A DNA stretch of 61,074 nucleotides, filler included. It is 5 parts of 5 records of this genome, joined end to end, with 100 filler letters (N's around TTAATTAATTAA, not from the genome) between each part and the next. Parts side by side here need not be neighbours in the genome. Positions count along the whole stretch, not along the records: positions 41,589 to 49,643 come from SRR20825006_2453; positions 49,744 to 61,074 come from SRR20825006_2455; 3 more parts are not named here. One strand, 5' to 3'. Shown here in pieces: positions 48,350 to 59,563 of the stretch; within the stretch, counting starts at the first letter, position 1; every line of letters starts with the position of its first letter. The position numbers and the translations under genes are program-made. Below the pieces are notes generated by a model, which was not told where the DNA came from, made no database searches, and worked only from the letters and a program-made list of their open reading frames with translations.

Positions 48350-48872
48350 TATTTTGTATTATCTGATATAATAATTCATCCTTATAAGTTCCTGAAACAA
48401 AAGTCCAATCTTTCTTAACACCAATTTTCTCAAATCCACAAGTTTCGAACAAATGCTGAGAGTTTATATTTTCTGCAGAAATATTAGCATAAAGTTGATG
48501 AAGGTTTAAGTGGGTAAATGCATACGAAATTAAAAGTTTTAGAGCTTCTTTTCCATAGCCTTTACCTCTATCTTCTTTCTCCGCAATTAAAATTCCGATG
48601 CCTGCACGCCTGTGTACTGGATCAAAATCAAACAAGTCAATAAGACCTAATAAAGCTTCATCTTTTCCACAAATTGCTAAACGCAATTGTTTTACCTCGT
48701 ATATGTCGCGGTGTGCGTTTTCAAGATATTGTCTAATTAAAAATTTAGAATAAGGTGTCTGTGTGGTGCTTAGTTCCCAAAACGTTTCATTATTTTCTAT
48801 ATAATAAATGAAATCTAAATCTTCTGGCTCTAAAGCTCTTAAATCTATATTAGTGCCAGAGAGTGTTACCAT
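48339..48872 (-). CDS. GNAT family N-acetyltransferase (RimJ/RimL/SpeG-like)
   Basis: LRALEPEDL; RGKGYGKEAL; NINSQHLFETCGF. Confidence 0.9.
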   Translation of the reverse strand: MVTLSGTNIDLRALEPEDLDFIYYIENNETFWELSTTQTPYSKFLIRQYLENAHRDIYEVKQLRLAICGKDEALLGLIDLFDFDPVHRRAGIGILIAEKEDRGKGYGKEALKLLISYAFTHLNLHQLYANISAENINSQHLFETCGFEKIGVKKDWTFVSGTYKDELLYQIIQNNVH

Positions 48873-49642
48873 GAGACTTCGCCTTTAAATACTTGTTCTG
48901 CAGGACCTGTTAGCCATACGTTTGTATACGTGCCATTATTTGCATTAAATGCTACATTTAAACTGCCACCTTGAACTTTTAAGTCAACTGAATTTTTGTC
49001 AGTTTTACTTAACGCATGCATTGCAATAGCAACTGCTGTAACTCCTGTACCGCAAGAAAGTGTCTCATCTTCAACACCACGCTCATATGTTCTAACTCTA
49101 TATAAATTAGCTGTAATAGGCTCAACAAAATTTACGTTAGTACCTTCTTTCTTAAACCTATCGTTATATCTAATTGCTGCACCATCTACTTTAATATTTT
49201 TATTTAAAATATCACTAGTTAAAGTAACATAATGAGGTGATCCTGTATTTAAATATAACGCATTCTCTAATGTTTCAATATTGGAGACATCCTGCATTTT
49301 TAATGAAACTACACCATTTGAAATTGAAGCTTCATGTTGCCCATCTATTGCAGAAAATAAAGTTTCCTTTTCAAAGATATTTAGGTAGTGCGCAAAGCTT
49401 ACTAGACATCTGCCACCATTACCGCACATTGTACTTTCATTTCCATCAGAATTAAAATAAACCATTTTAAAATCTTCACCTTCTATTCCAGAGTTTTCGA
49501 GAAAAATGAGACCATCTGCACCAATACCAAACCTACGATCACATAATAATTTAATCGTTTTGGTATCATTTTTGGAAAGATTATAAGGTCTATTATCTAT
49601 AATGACAAAATCATTTCCTGTTCCTTGATATTTGTAGAATTC
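48866..49642 (-). CDS. dapF: Diaminopimelate epimerase (5' end truncated)
   Basis: The frame extends upstream of the ORF-track start: FYKYQGTGNDF...CDRRFGIGADG; MCGNGGRC; YERGVEDETLSCGTG. Confidence 0.96.
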   Translation of the reverse strand, partial: EFYKYQGTGNDFVIIDNRPYNLSKNDTKTIKLLCDRRFGIGADGLIFLENSGIEGEDFKMVYFNSDGNESTMCGNGGRCLVSFAHYLNIFEKETLFSAIDGQHEASISNGVVSLKMQDVSNIETLENALYLNTGSPHYVTLTSDILNKNIKVDGAAIRYNDRFKKEGTNVNFVEPITANLYRVRTYERGVEDETLSCGTGVTAVAIAMHALSKTDKNSVDLKVQGGSLNVAFNANNGTYTNVWLTGPAEQVFKGEVSW

Positions 49643-49643
49643 T

Positions 49644-49743
49644 NNNNNNNNNNNNNNNNNNNNNNNNNNNNNNNNNNNNNNNNNNNNTTAATTAATTAAN
49701 NNNNNNNNNNNNNNNNNNNNNNNNNNNNNNNNNNNNNNNNNNN
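49644..49743. other. Artificial contig spacer
   Basis: N44-TTAATTAATTAA-N44. Confidence 0.99.
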
Positions 49744-50459
49744 GCCGTTTTTGCTGCAACAGCCGGGTCGGTCATTTCCAAGGGGCGGTCTTCGACTAAC
49801 CGCGGGTCGGTAAAGCCCTGCCCCTTGGCGAGTTGCACAAAGTCGTTCCAGTACAGGGCGCCGCCCAAACACTCGCCGTAGAGCAATGGATCATCGCGCA
49901 TTGCCTCGGGAACACGCCGATTGGCGTAAACATCTGAAAAATAGAATTCGCCGCCGGGCTTCAGCAGCCGCTTCACCCCCGCTAACACCGCGGCTTTATC
50001 GGGTGATAAATTAATCACGCAATTGGATACCACCACGTCGAAGCTGGCTGGCTCCAGGTCCAGTTCGTCCAGGCGCTCAATATAGCCTTGGATAAAGCGC
50101 ACATTATCAAAGCCGAATTGTTCAGCGTGCCAGGCCTGGGTATCGCGCGCGACCGCTAACTGCTCGTCGGTCATATCCACCCCGACTACCTCGCCCTCCG
50201 CCCCCACCATTTGCGCCAGGGCGTAGACATCGCGGCCGCTGCCGCAGCCCAGATCAAGCACGCGCCGCCCCCGCAGCTCCGTGGGACACACCAGCCCACA
50301 ACCGTAGTAGCGCGACAACACCTCGGGATGCAGCTTGGCCAACAGCGGCTTGAGCCACTCGGGCATGGCACTGGCATCGCAGCAGGCGCTGGTCTTTAAG
50401 TCGTCGGAGCTCTGCAGCTGCTTGCCGTAATAATCTTTAACAATATCGTGACTGCTCAT
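49744..50459 (-). CDS. arsM: Arsenite S-adenosylmethionine methyltransferase (3' truncated)
   Basis: YYG..LKTSACC; YYGCG; LDLGCGSGRD; SNCVINLSPDK; YGECLGGAL (the conserved As-binding Cys set). Confidence 0.9.
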
Positions 50460-50471
50460 CGTGTCATTTCC

Positions 50472-51431
50472 TTACAATGCCCCACCGCAACTACTGCCCT
50501 GCCCCGCTGTACAACCATAGCAATGCCCCGCTACGCGAATTGGCTGCCCTTGCAGCGTTGTGGAAAGCAGGGTCGTCAAGTCAGCGCGCTGATCACCGGT
50601 ACTCGGCAAGCCGAGCCCCAGCTGCTGGTTAAAGTCGCAGTCGTACAGGTAACCCTGCCAGTCAACGCTGACCAGACTGCGACACATCACCGACGATAAG
50701 TTGGCCTCGCTGTAGCTGCCTTTTAGCAGTGCGAGGTAATCGTCGAATTGCCCCCTGGAGATAAGCGTGGAGCCGAAGCGCTGAATGGGCATATTGGCCA
50801 GCGCAAACAGCGAGTTAAAAACAATGCCAAAGTGCGCCATGAGTTCACGCCGATAATCGGCCTCCAAGCGCTGCTGATTCGGCGGCAGTGTCGGCCCCTG
50901 GGGGTTGTACACCAAGTTGAGAACCCGCCCGCTGCCGCTCTGCCCGTAACCCAATTGGTTGAGAGTCTGAAGGCCTGCAATACTTTTATCGAACACACCG
51001 TCGCCGCGCTGGGCGTCGACATTTTCCATGGAATAACAGGGCAGCGACGCGACAACTTCTACATCGTTGACCGCCAAAAACTCGGCCAGCCCTTCCTGCT
51101 CTGGCTCAAACAAAATTGTCAGGTTACAGCGATCAATCACCTTTACCCCGAGTGCCCTGGCCTTAACAACCAGCTCGCGGAATTGCGGGTGAAGCTCTGG
51201 CGCCCCACCGGTGAGGTCCAACACCTGAATATCGCGCGCGCGGAGTACATCGAGCACCAGGGCGATATTGTCCTCGGTCATCATCTCGGTCCGCGTCGGC
51301 CCCGCATTCACGTGGCAGTGCAGGCAGCGCTGGTTGCACTTGTATCCCAGGTTCACCTGTAAGGTATCAATAGCGTGGCGATCTATGGCGGGGAATTCGG
51401 TCAGCTCTAACAGCGGCAGGGTCTCTTGCAT
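50472..51431 (-). CDS. arsS: Arsenosugar-biosynthesis radical SAM protein (radical SAM + Cys-rich C-terminus)
   Basis: LQVNLGYKCNQRCLHCHVNAGP; LDLTGGAPEL; IDRCNLT; ASLPCY; YDCDFNQ; HCYGCTAGQGSSCGGAL. Confidence 0.9.
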   Translation of the reverse strand: MQETLPLLELTEFPAIDRHAIDTLQVNLGYKCNQRCLHCHVNAGPTRTEMMTEDNIALVLDVLRARDIQVLDLTGGAPELHPQFRELVVKARALGVKVIDRCNLTILFEPEQEGLAEFLAVNDVEVVASLPCYSMENVDAQRGDGVFDKSIAGLQTLNQLGYGQSGSGRVLNLVYNPQGPTLPPNQQRLEADYRRELMAHFGIVFNSLFALANMPIQRFGSTLISRGQFDDYLALLKGSYSEANLSSVMCRSLVSVDWQGYLYDCDFNQQLGLGLPSTGDQRADLTTLLSTTLQGQPIRVAGHCYGCTAGQGSSCGGAL

Positions 51432-51717
51432 AATTATCCTGTTTATCAACGGTAAGCCGGCTGGGCACATGCAGCCTCTGCTCATAGTTTCACAAGCGTG
51501 GCCTTTGTTACAAAATTCGTCAAAAAATGCGCCGCAGCATGTGCAGGCTTACGCGCCAATGCCAGTGACGGAGCAAGCGGCCAGCAAAAAGCAGCAGAAT
51601 TGCCGAGGGCCGGCGCTGCGATCGCAGGAATTCGTTCAATAATCCACCAATTGACGCGCGCAGAGCCGGAAAATTGATTTATAATGCGCGGTTTTTACGC
51701 GACGAGAGCAAAAGCCA

Positions 51718-52209
51718 ATGTCAGCAAAAGTTGCCCTAATCATGGGCTCCAAAAGCGACTGGGACACCATGCGTCCAGCCACCGAGATCATGAGCGAGCT
51801 AGGGGTCGAGCACCACGTGGAAGTGGTTTCCGCTCACCGCACCCCCGACAAGCTGATGAGCTTCGCCGAAACAGCCGTCGACAACGGCTACTCGGTGATT
51901 ATCGCCGGTGCTGGGGGCGCAGCCCATCTACCCGGTATGGTGGCATCGAAAACCCGCCTACCGGTATTGGGTGTGCCTGTGCAGAGCCGCGCACTGAATG
52001 GCATGGACAGCCTGTTATCCATCGTGCAAATGCCCAAAGGGATTGCCGTGGGCACACTGGCTATTGGCACCGCGGGTGCGTTTAATGCCGGCTTGCTCGC
52101 CTGCCAGATTCTGGCCACCCACGATGCTGAGCTGGCCGAGCGACTCGAACAGTTCCGCAGCAAGCAGACCGACACGGTTCTCGACAATCCAGACCCCCGG
52201 GAGGCCTAA
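51718..52209 (+). CDS. purE: N5-CAIR mutase
   Basis: [30 protein letters not shown]. Confidence 0.98.
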   Translation: MSAKVALIMGSKSDWDTMRPATEIMSELGVEHHVEVVSAHRTPDKLMSFAETAVDNGYSVIIAGAGGAAHLPGMVASKTRLPVLGVPVQSRALNGMDSLLSIVQMPKGIAVGTLAIGTAGAFNAGLLACQILATHDAELAERLEQFRSKQTDTVLDNPDPREA

Positions 52210-53276
52210 TGCAAACTGTTTGGGTATTGGGCGCCGGTCAATTGGGCGCCATGCTACAACAGGCCGCGTACCCGCTGGCGCTGCGCGTTGAACCACTCGA
52301 CCCCGGCGTGACCGCGCTACCCAGTATTGGCGACAACGATATTGTTACCGTTGAGCGCGAACAGTGGCCGGAAACACCGCTGACTCGCCACTTGAGTGAG
52401 CACCCGAATTTCGTCAACGCCGATGTTTTTTGGCGCATTGCCGACCGCTTCCACCAAAAATCTCTGCTCGACAGCCTTGACGTTGCCACGGCCCCGTGGC
52501 GCGCCGTTGAGCAGGACACCAGCGCCGACGAACTGCACCAGGCACTGGGCAAGGACGTATTACTGAAGCGTCGCACGGGCGGCTACGACGGCAAGGGCCA
52601 GTACTGGCTGCACAGTGACAATGCCGACGACGTGCCCGCGGCGTGGCAAGGCACCGCCATCGCCGAGCAGAAAATTCCATTCATGGAAGAGCTGTCTCTG
52701 GTCGGCGCCCGCGACAGCAATGGCAAGCACGTGTTTTATCCACTGACACTCAACCTGCACAGCAACGGTATTCTGATGGCGTCCGTTGCGCCGCTGTCTC
52801 GCGTGGATCACCTGCAGGGCCAGGCACAGGCCATGCTGGGTAAAATTATGGACGCCATGAACTACGTCGGCGTGATGGCGATGGAGTGCTTCCGGGTTGG
52901 CGACGAACTGATCGTCAACGAGCTGGCGCCCCGCGTGCACAACAGCGGCCACTGGACCCAGGCCGGCGCCTGCGTCAGCCAGTTTGAGATGCATTTGCGC
53001 GCCGTTGCCAAACTGCCGATCAAGGCACCCGAGGTACGCGGTCATAGCGTGATGATCAACCTGATTGGCATTGAGCGAGATACCCGCTGGATAGCGATTC
53101 CCTCTACTCAGTGCTACTGGTATGGCAAAGACGTTCGCCCGGGGCGCAAACTCGGCCATATCAATATCAATCACCCACAGCTGTCGGCGGTCAGCACGGC
53201 ATTAGAGGCGTTGAAACAGCAGCTGCCGGAAAATTATGGCCCGGTTTTCGACTGGGTACAAAGCCAGTTAACCTAA
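52209..53276 (+). CDS. purK: N5-CAIR synthetase
   Basis: LGAGQLGAM, GGYDGKGQ, NELAPRVHNSGH, RPGRKLGH. Confidence 0.97.
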   Translation: MQTVWVLGAGQLGAMLQQAAYPLALRVEPLDPGVTALPSIGDNDIVTVEREQWPETPLTRHLSEHPNFVNADVFWRIADRFHQKSLLDSLDVATAPWRAVEQDTSADELHQALGKDVLLKRRTGGYDGKGQYWLHSDNADDVPAAWQGTAIAEQKIPFMEELSLVGARDSNGKHVFYPLTLNLHSNGILMASVAPLSRVDHLQGQAQAMLGKIMDAMNYVGVMAMECFRVGDELIVNELAPRVHNSGHWTQAGACVSQFEMHLRAVAKLPIKAPEVRGHSVMINLIGIERDTRWIAIPSTQCYWYGKDVRPGRKLGHININHPQLSAVSTALEALKQQLPENYGPVFDWVQSQLT

Positions 53277-53527
53277 GGCGCTTTATTCTGGCGGCACACG
53301 CCTGGCCCAGCCGCTTGCTGGGCCAATTGTTGCGTTTTCGCGCCGCTGTAGCTGGCAACGCAGTAGGGCGTAAGGTAGTTGAGCAATAAGCGCGGCAGAT
53401 CCGGTTCGACACCCGCCCACAGCACTTCACCCTGATTGATCACATTTAATATCGTGCCCACGACGGCAGCCACTTTCAGCGCGGTGAAAACGACCGGCCG
53501 CGACATTGCGCTGTGCCAGAACCCCAT
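53273..53527 (-). CDS. NrtS-like small nitrate/nitrite transporter family protein
   Basis: ALKVAAVVGTILNVINQG...LNYLTPYCVASYS; two TM segments; AGGAG RBS. Confidence 0.75.
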   Translation of the reverse strand: MGFWHSAMSRPVVFTALKVAAVVGTILNVINQGEVLWAGVEPDLPRLLLNYLTPYCVASYSGAKTQQLAQQAAGPGVCRQNKAP

Positions 53528-53577
53528 TCCACTCTCCTTAAACCATTCCCCGCAATGACGCGTCGCGGGACGCGGTG

Positions 53578-54423
53578 TTACAACTGCCACTGCTTTTCTT
53601 CGGCAGCTTGTTGCCGCAAGCCCTCCAACATTTGGCTCAAGGCCAGCGAGCGCTCACCACGCCGGGTGAGCAAATACACGGGGTAGCTGAACTCGGGGGC
53701 GTCGTTCACACGGCGCAACTGGCCACTGTCAAAGTAGGGCGCTAATACACGGCTGCGAAAATAGCCGCTGCCGCCGCTGGCCAACATCAGCTGCAGGGCC
53801 AACGGCCCGAGATTCACCCTACAGCGGTGTTGCTTTGCTCGCGGCAAACTCGCCTCAAATTGCTCGCGAAAGCCCGGCCCCCAATCAACCAGATAAAATG
53901 GCCCTGACCGCGATGGCGTTTCAGCCAGGAGGAGCTTTTCTTCCAGCAGCAATTCCACAACGTAGTCGCTGTGGTAACGCGGCAAGTGCACAAGCACGGC
54001 ATCGAGCTCACCGCACTCTAACTTGGCCAGCAAGGTCTCGGCACTTTCGACACAGGCCTCAAACTGCACCCCGCCCAGTTGTTGCTGGGCCCACTGCAAC
54101 CAACCGCTCAGCAAGGGATTCCACAGGCTGGTTTCGCCCCCCACCGCCAACCTTGCTTGCTCGGTAAGGGGCTCTGCTAGCGCGTCAACTGCCAGCTGCC
54201 ACTCACTGAGCAAGCGCTGTGCATGGGGCGCAAAACGCTCCCCTTCCGGGGTTAAGCGCGCGCCTTTGCGGTTTCTCACAAACAGGGCACAGCCGAGCTG
54301 CTGCTCCAGGCGCTGCAAACGCACAGTCACCGCCGTTTGACTAATGTGCAGGCGCTCAGCGGCCGCCAGCAAACTCCCGGCGCTCACTATCTCCATAAAG
54401 GTCTTTAACAGGGTTCTGTCCAC
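53578..54423 (-). CDS. LysR-family transcriptional regulator
   Basis: N-terminal HTH GSLLAAAERLHISQTAVTVRLQRLE. Confidence 0.93.
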   Translation of the reverse strand: MDRTLLKTFMEIVSAGSLLAAAERLHISQTAVTVRLQRLEQQLGCALFVRNRKGARLTPEGERFAPHAQRLLSEWQLAVDALAEPLTEQARLAVGGETSLWNPLLSGWLQWAQQQLGGVQFEACVESAETLLAKLECGELDAVLVHLPRYHSDYVVELLLEEKLLLAETPSRSGPFYLVDWGPGFREQFEASLPRAKQHRCRVNLGPLALQLMLASGGSGYFRSRVLAPYFDSGQLRRVNDAPEFSYPVYLLTRRGERSLALSQMLEGLRQQAAEEKQWQL

Positions 54424-54450
54424 AGCCGGCGCCGCCTATTTAAATTCACT

Positions 54451-54485
54451 TTTATGGAATTTTAATATGATTAATATTCCATAAA
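54451..54485. promoter_or_regulatory. 35-bp AT-rich palindrome, candidate operator between LysR and HPP genes
   Basis: TTTATGGAATTTTAAT-atg-ATTAATATTCCATAAA (16-bp arms, one mismatch). Confidence 0.6.
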
Positions 54486-54530
54486 CATAATAATTATTGC
54501 TCGTTAGAATGCACGCCCTAAATTGGTGCC

Positions 54531-55352
54531 ATGCCAAACCGGCAAGGCCAGTCAAAGGGCCCATCGCACGTGCCAAGCCACCACGTTCATCAGCCTCTCG
54601 CCCGCCTACTTGGCGTTGAGGCCAACACCACTTCCCATGCTGAGAAGTGGCTATCGATTATCGGCAGCACACTCGGCATGGCCTTCGCCTGCTGGCTGAG
54701 CAGCCAGCTGCCCGGCGGGAATTCGCTGGCCTGGATGCTCGCCTCAACAGGCGCCAGTGCGGCCCTGATTTTCGCCATCCCCCACGGGGCACTGTCTCAA
54801 CCCTGGCCAGTATTGGGCGGGCATGTTATCTCGGCTTTTATCGGCGTGAGCTGCCAGCGCTATTTACCCGCCCACGAATTCGCCGCGATCGCGGCAACGG
54901 GGCTATCTATTGCGGCGATGTACTACCTGCGCTGCCTGCACCCTCCCGGCGTGGCCACCGCGCTATTTGCCGTGATGGGCGGGCCAGAGATTCACCAGCT
55001 CTCGTACTCACTTTTGCTTAACCCGGTGCTGCTGAACGCCTGCACCCTGGTGTTGGCAGGCCTGCTGTTTAACAACCTGTTTCCCTCGCGCCGCTACCCC
55101 AGCACCCTCGCACGCGGCGCCGCAGCAACATCGAGTTTGCAAGAAGAGGACGTTGCCAAGGCGCTGCGCGAGCTGGACTCCTTTGTGGATATCAGCCCAG
55201 AGGATTTGAGCCGCCTGTACACTTGCGCCAATACTTTTGCGGCGCAGCGCCGCCGCGACTGGCAGCATCGCGAATCGCGTATATTGCGTCTGCGTCCGCG
55301 CATGAAAGCCCAGCCACACCCGCGATCTCGCAAGCAAAAGCGCGCTAACTGA
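54531..55352 (+). CDS. HPP-family integral membrane protein
   Basis: GASAALIF, LSQPWPVLGGH, CLHPPGVATAL; no CBS domains. Confidence 0.9.
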   Translation: MPNRQGQSKGPSHVPSHHVHQPLARLLGVEANTTSHAEKWLSIIGSTLGMAFACWLSSQLPGGNSLAWMLASTGASAALIFAIPHGALSQPWPVLGGHVISAFIGVSCQRYLPAHEFAAIAATGLSIAAMYYLRCLHPPGVATALFAVMGGPEIHQLSYSLLLNPVLLNACTLVLAGLLFNNLFPSRRYPSTLARGAAATSSLQEEDVAKALRELDSFVDISPEDLSRLYTCANTFAAQRRRDWQHRESRILRLRPRMKAQPHPRSRKQKRAN

Positions 55353-56235
55353 GGTAGTCGACCTGGCGAAACTGCTCTGCTAAAAAGTCGACAAAGGCGC
55401 TGACCTTGGCGGATAGATGACGGTTGTGGGGATAAACCGCCCACACGGCAGTATCGGCGGGTTGATAGTTCTGCATCACTGCTTGCAGGCGCCCTGCCTG
55501 CAGGTCCTCGTAAACGTAAAACTCGGGCAACTGCACCAAACCCAGCCCGCGGCGCGCCGCCGCCAATAGCGCATGGCCATTGTTGCTGCGCCAGCGCCCC
55601 TCAACCTTGAGTTCGACATGCTGACCACGGGAATCGCGAAACCGCCACGTGGGTAAAGAACCCACCAGACAACTGTGTTCGCGCAGATCCTCTACGCTAG
55701 AGGGCACACCGTAGAGGTCAAAGTAGTCGCGGCTTCCACAAATTAACAAGCGCCTTTCGGCGATTCGCCGGGCGATCAACGACGAGTCCTTAAGCACCCC
55801 TGCGCGAATTGCCAGATCGTAACCTTCTTCCAGTAAGTCGATGTTGCGATTATTAAAATCCAGCTGCAGATTCACGGCGGGGTAACGCTTTAAAAATTCT
55901 GCCGCCGCTGGCGCCACGTAACGTTCACCAAAGGCCCCCGCCACCGTCACCCGCAGATTGCCCTGTGGGCTGGCCTGCTGCTGCATAACCGCCTGCTCAG
56001 TTTCTTGCATTTGCCCGAGAATACTTTTGCAGCGCTGAAAGTATGCCTCGCCGATTTCACTCAACACCAAACGCCGGGTGCTGCGAGTAAGCAGTTGCAC
56101 ACCGAGGTGATTTTCCAGGCGGCTGAGCTGACGGCTGGCATGGGATTTTGACATCCCCAAATGCTGCGCGGCCGCCGAAAAACTGCCCTGCTCCACCACG
56201 GCAACAAACACTTCCACCGCTTCCCAATGTTTCAC
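55345..56235 (-). CDS. LysR-family regulator divergent from frmA
   Basis: HTH SFSAAAQHLGMSKSHASRQLSRLE; CrgA-like effector domain IDLLEEGYDLAIR. Confidence 0.93.
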   Translation of the reverse strand: MKHWEAVEVFVAVVEQGSFSAAAQHLGMSKSHASRQLSRLENHLGVQLLTRSTRRLVLSEIGEAYFQRCKSILGQMQETEQAVMQQQASPQGNLRVTVAGAFGERYVAPAAAEFLKRYPAVNLQLDFNNRNIDLLEEGYDLAIRAGVLKDSSLIARRIAERRLLICGSRDYFDLYGVPSSVEDLREHSCLVGSLPTWRFRDSRGQHVELKVEGRWRSNNGHALLAAARRGLGLVQLPEFYVYEDLQAGRLQAVMQNYQPADTAVWAVYPHNRHLSAKVSAFVDFLAEQFRQVDYLS

Positions 56236-56249
56236 GGCCGCCCCTTATT

Positions 56250-56268
56250 ATTGTCATATAAAAACAAT
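56250..56268. promoter_or_regulatory. Candidate LysR binding site
   Basis: ATTGT-N9-ACAAT dyad containing T-N11-A in the divergent intergenic region. Confidence 0.5.
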
Positions 56269-56313
56269 GAGTTTACCAAATAGTGGATTATCGTTGATCA
56301 GTTATCAATTTAG

Positions 56314-57453
<1,140 letters not shown>

Positions 57454-57466
57454 CCGGGGGACGACG

Positions 57467-58321
57467 ATGGAGAAAATTGCAGAGCACCGCTGTTTTGGCG
57501 GCCGACAACTTCGCTACCGCCACCAAAGCCAGACACTGAACTGCCCAATGCAGGTGTCCGTTTTTCTGCCCCCCCAGGCGAAAAGCGCCAAGGTGCCGGT
57601 GCTGTACTGGCTCTCTGGGCTCACTTGCAGCGACGAAAACTTCGTGCAAAAAGCAGGCGCGCAGCAATTTGCCGCACGCTATGGCGTGGCGATCGTTGCG
57701 CCGGATACCAGCCCGCGCGGAGAGGGCGTTGCCGACGACCCCGACGGCGCCTACGATTTGGGCCTGGGGGCGGGCTTTTATGTCAATGCCAGCCAGCAAC
57801 CCTGGGCTGAACACTACCAAATGGAGAGCTATATCAGCACCGAGCTGCCAGAACTAGTAAGTGCACACTTACCTGTTGATGCCAGCCGGTGTGGTCTATT
57901 CGGCCATTCCATGGGCGGGCATGGCGCGCTGACCCTCGGCTTAAAATACCCCGAGCGCTTCCACAGTTTGTCGGCGTTCGCGCCCATTAGCTCGCCGATG
58001 AACTGCCCTTGGGGAGAAAAGGCACTCGGCCAGTACTTGGGGGAAGATCGTGAGCAGTGGCAGCAAGCGGACAGCTGCTTTTTGATTCGTGAGCACGGCG
58101 CCACTGCCCCGCGCATTCTGGTTGACCAGGGCAGCGACGATGACTTTTTAGAGAGTCAGCTAAAACCCGCGTTGCTGCAGGCCGCAGCCACAGCCGGCGG
58201 CGCTGACCTGACTCTGCGGATGCAAGAGGGCTACGACCACAGTTACTTTTTTATCGCGAGCTTTATTGAAGACCATATTCGCTTTCACAGCGAGCAACTC
58301 GGGCCGGCTCACACTCGTTGA
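57467..58321 (+). CDS. fghA: S-formylglutathione hydrolase
   Basis: YWLSGLTC, PDTSPRG, GHSMGGHGAL, GYDHSYFFI. Confidence 0.96.
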   Translation: MEKIAEHRCFGGRQLRYRHQSQTLNCPMQVSVFLPPQAKSAKVPVLYWLSGLTCSDENFVQKAGAQQFAARYGVAIVAPDTSPRGEGVADDPDGAYDLGLGAGFYVNASQQPWAEHYQMESYISTELPELVSAHLPVDASRCGLFGHSMGGHGALTLGLKYPERFHSLSAFAPISSPMNCPWGEKALGQYLGEDREQWQQADSCFLIREHGATAPRILVDQGSDDDFLESQLKPALLQAAATAGGADLTLRMQEGYDHSYFFIASFIEDHIRFHSEQLGPAHTR

Positions 58322-58410
58322 GTTACGCCTATTGCAGCGAAAAATTCGCCGTTCGAGGAATGAGAGGAAACATTTGCTTATTCTAAATGAGCGGCGCAGC
58401 GGCGGCGGAC

Positions 58411-59106
58411 TCAGTCCGCCGTTTTCTCAAACAGTAAGTCCCACACGCCGTGGCCCAGGCGTTCACCGCGACGTTCAAATTTTGTCACCGGCCGGTACTC
58501 CGGGCGCGGCGCGAATTGGCCTTCGCCCTCGCAGTTGGTAAAACCGGGCGCGGCTGACATGACCTCCATCATGTGCTCAGCGTAGTTTTCCCAGTCAGTC
58601 GCTAAGTGAATCACGCCACCGGGCTGCAGTTTTTTGCGCAATAACTGAACAAATTCCGGCTGAATTAAACGGCGCTTGTGGTGGCGCTTTTTATGCCAGG
58701 GGTCCGGGAAATACACCTGCACTCGGCTTAAGCTCTCATTGGCGATACAGCGCTCTAACACTTCAACGGCATCGTCGCAGTAGGCGCGCAAATTCTCGAT
58801 ACCGGACTCATCGATTAAATGCATCAGACGCCCGACACCGGGGCTGTGCACTTCAACACCGATAAAGTTTTTCTCTGGCGCGGCAGCGGCCATGGTGGCC
58901 AGCGAGTCGCCCATACCGAAACCGATTTCCAACACCGTTGGTGCGCGGCGGCCGAACACCTCGTCCAGGTCTATCGCGCCCTTTTCAAGCTCCAGCCCCT
59001 TGCTTGGCCAGTGCAAATCGTAGGAGCGCTTTTGGCCTTCGGTCATCCGCCCGGTACGCAGTACAAAGCTGCGAATTCGGCGCATTTTGGTGTTCTCTTC
59101 ACTCAT
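58411..59106 (-). CDS. trmB: tRNA (guanine-N7)-methyltransferase
   Basis: [47 protein letters not shown]. Confidence 0.97.
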   Translation of the reverse strand: MSEENTKMRRIRSFVLRTGRMTEGQKRSYDLHWPSKGLELEKGAIDLDEVFGRRAPTVLEIGFGMGDSLATMAAAAPEKNFIGVEVHSPGVGRLMHLIDESGIENLRAYCDDAVEVLERCIANESLSRVQVYFPDPWHKKRHHKRRLIQPEFVQLLRKKLQPGGVIHLATDWENYAEHMMEVMSAAPGFTNCEGEGQFAPRPEYRPVTKFERRGERLGHGVWDLLFEKTAD

Positions 59107-59480
59107 TGCACACCTCTTAGGGCTGCCACCATCAGGCAAATCCACGCCGCAAGAAAACACAAGCCACCCACCGGGGTGATCGCCCCCAGCACTTTAATAC
59201 CGCTAATCGACAGGGCGTAAAGGCTGCCACTAAACAGCACAATACCTATGCCAAAGAGCCAGGTGGCCGCACGCAGCGCACCGTGTTGTACGCCCAGCTG
59301 CATCAATAACGCGACGGCCAATAACGCAAAGGTATGATAGAAGTGATACTGCACGGCCGTTTCATACACGGCCACCATGTCAGCCGATAAACGACCCTTT
59401 AAGCCATGGGCACCAAAGGCGCCCAAGGCCACAGCGAAAAAGCCGGAAAGCCCGGCCAGAAAGAAAGTGATCGACGCCAT
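59103..59480 (-). CDS. DUF423 (YgdD/TMEM256) membrane protein
   Basis: [33 protein letters not shown]. Confidence 0.92.
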   Translation of the reverse strand: MASITFFLAGLSGFFAVALGAFGAHGLKGRLSADMVAVYETAVQYHFYHTFALLAVALLMQLGVQHGALRAATWLFGIGIVLFSGSLYALSISGIKVLGAITPVGGLCFLAAWICLMVAALRGVQ

Positions 59481-59563
59481 ACTGCCCCCACGAAAACAGC
59501 GCGTATTGTAAGGGCTCGAAGCCGATAGGCAAAGCTGCCGGCGGCAGCGTCGCAATTAGGCAA

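Noticed and set aside
48866-49465. Apparently short or pseudogenised dapF
   Set aside because: The frame stays open to the contig end; only the first few codons are missing because of assembly truncation.
50472-50500. Selenocysteine recoding in the ArsS C-terminus
   Set aside because: The motif is encoded with ordinary Cys codons and ends at TAA; there is no in-frame TGA.
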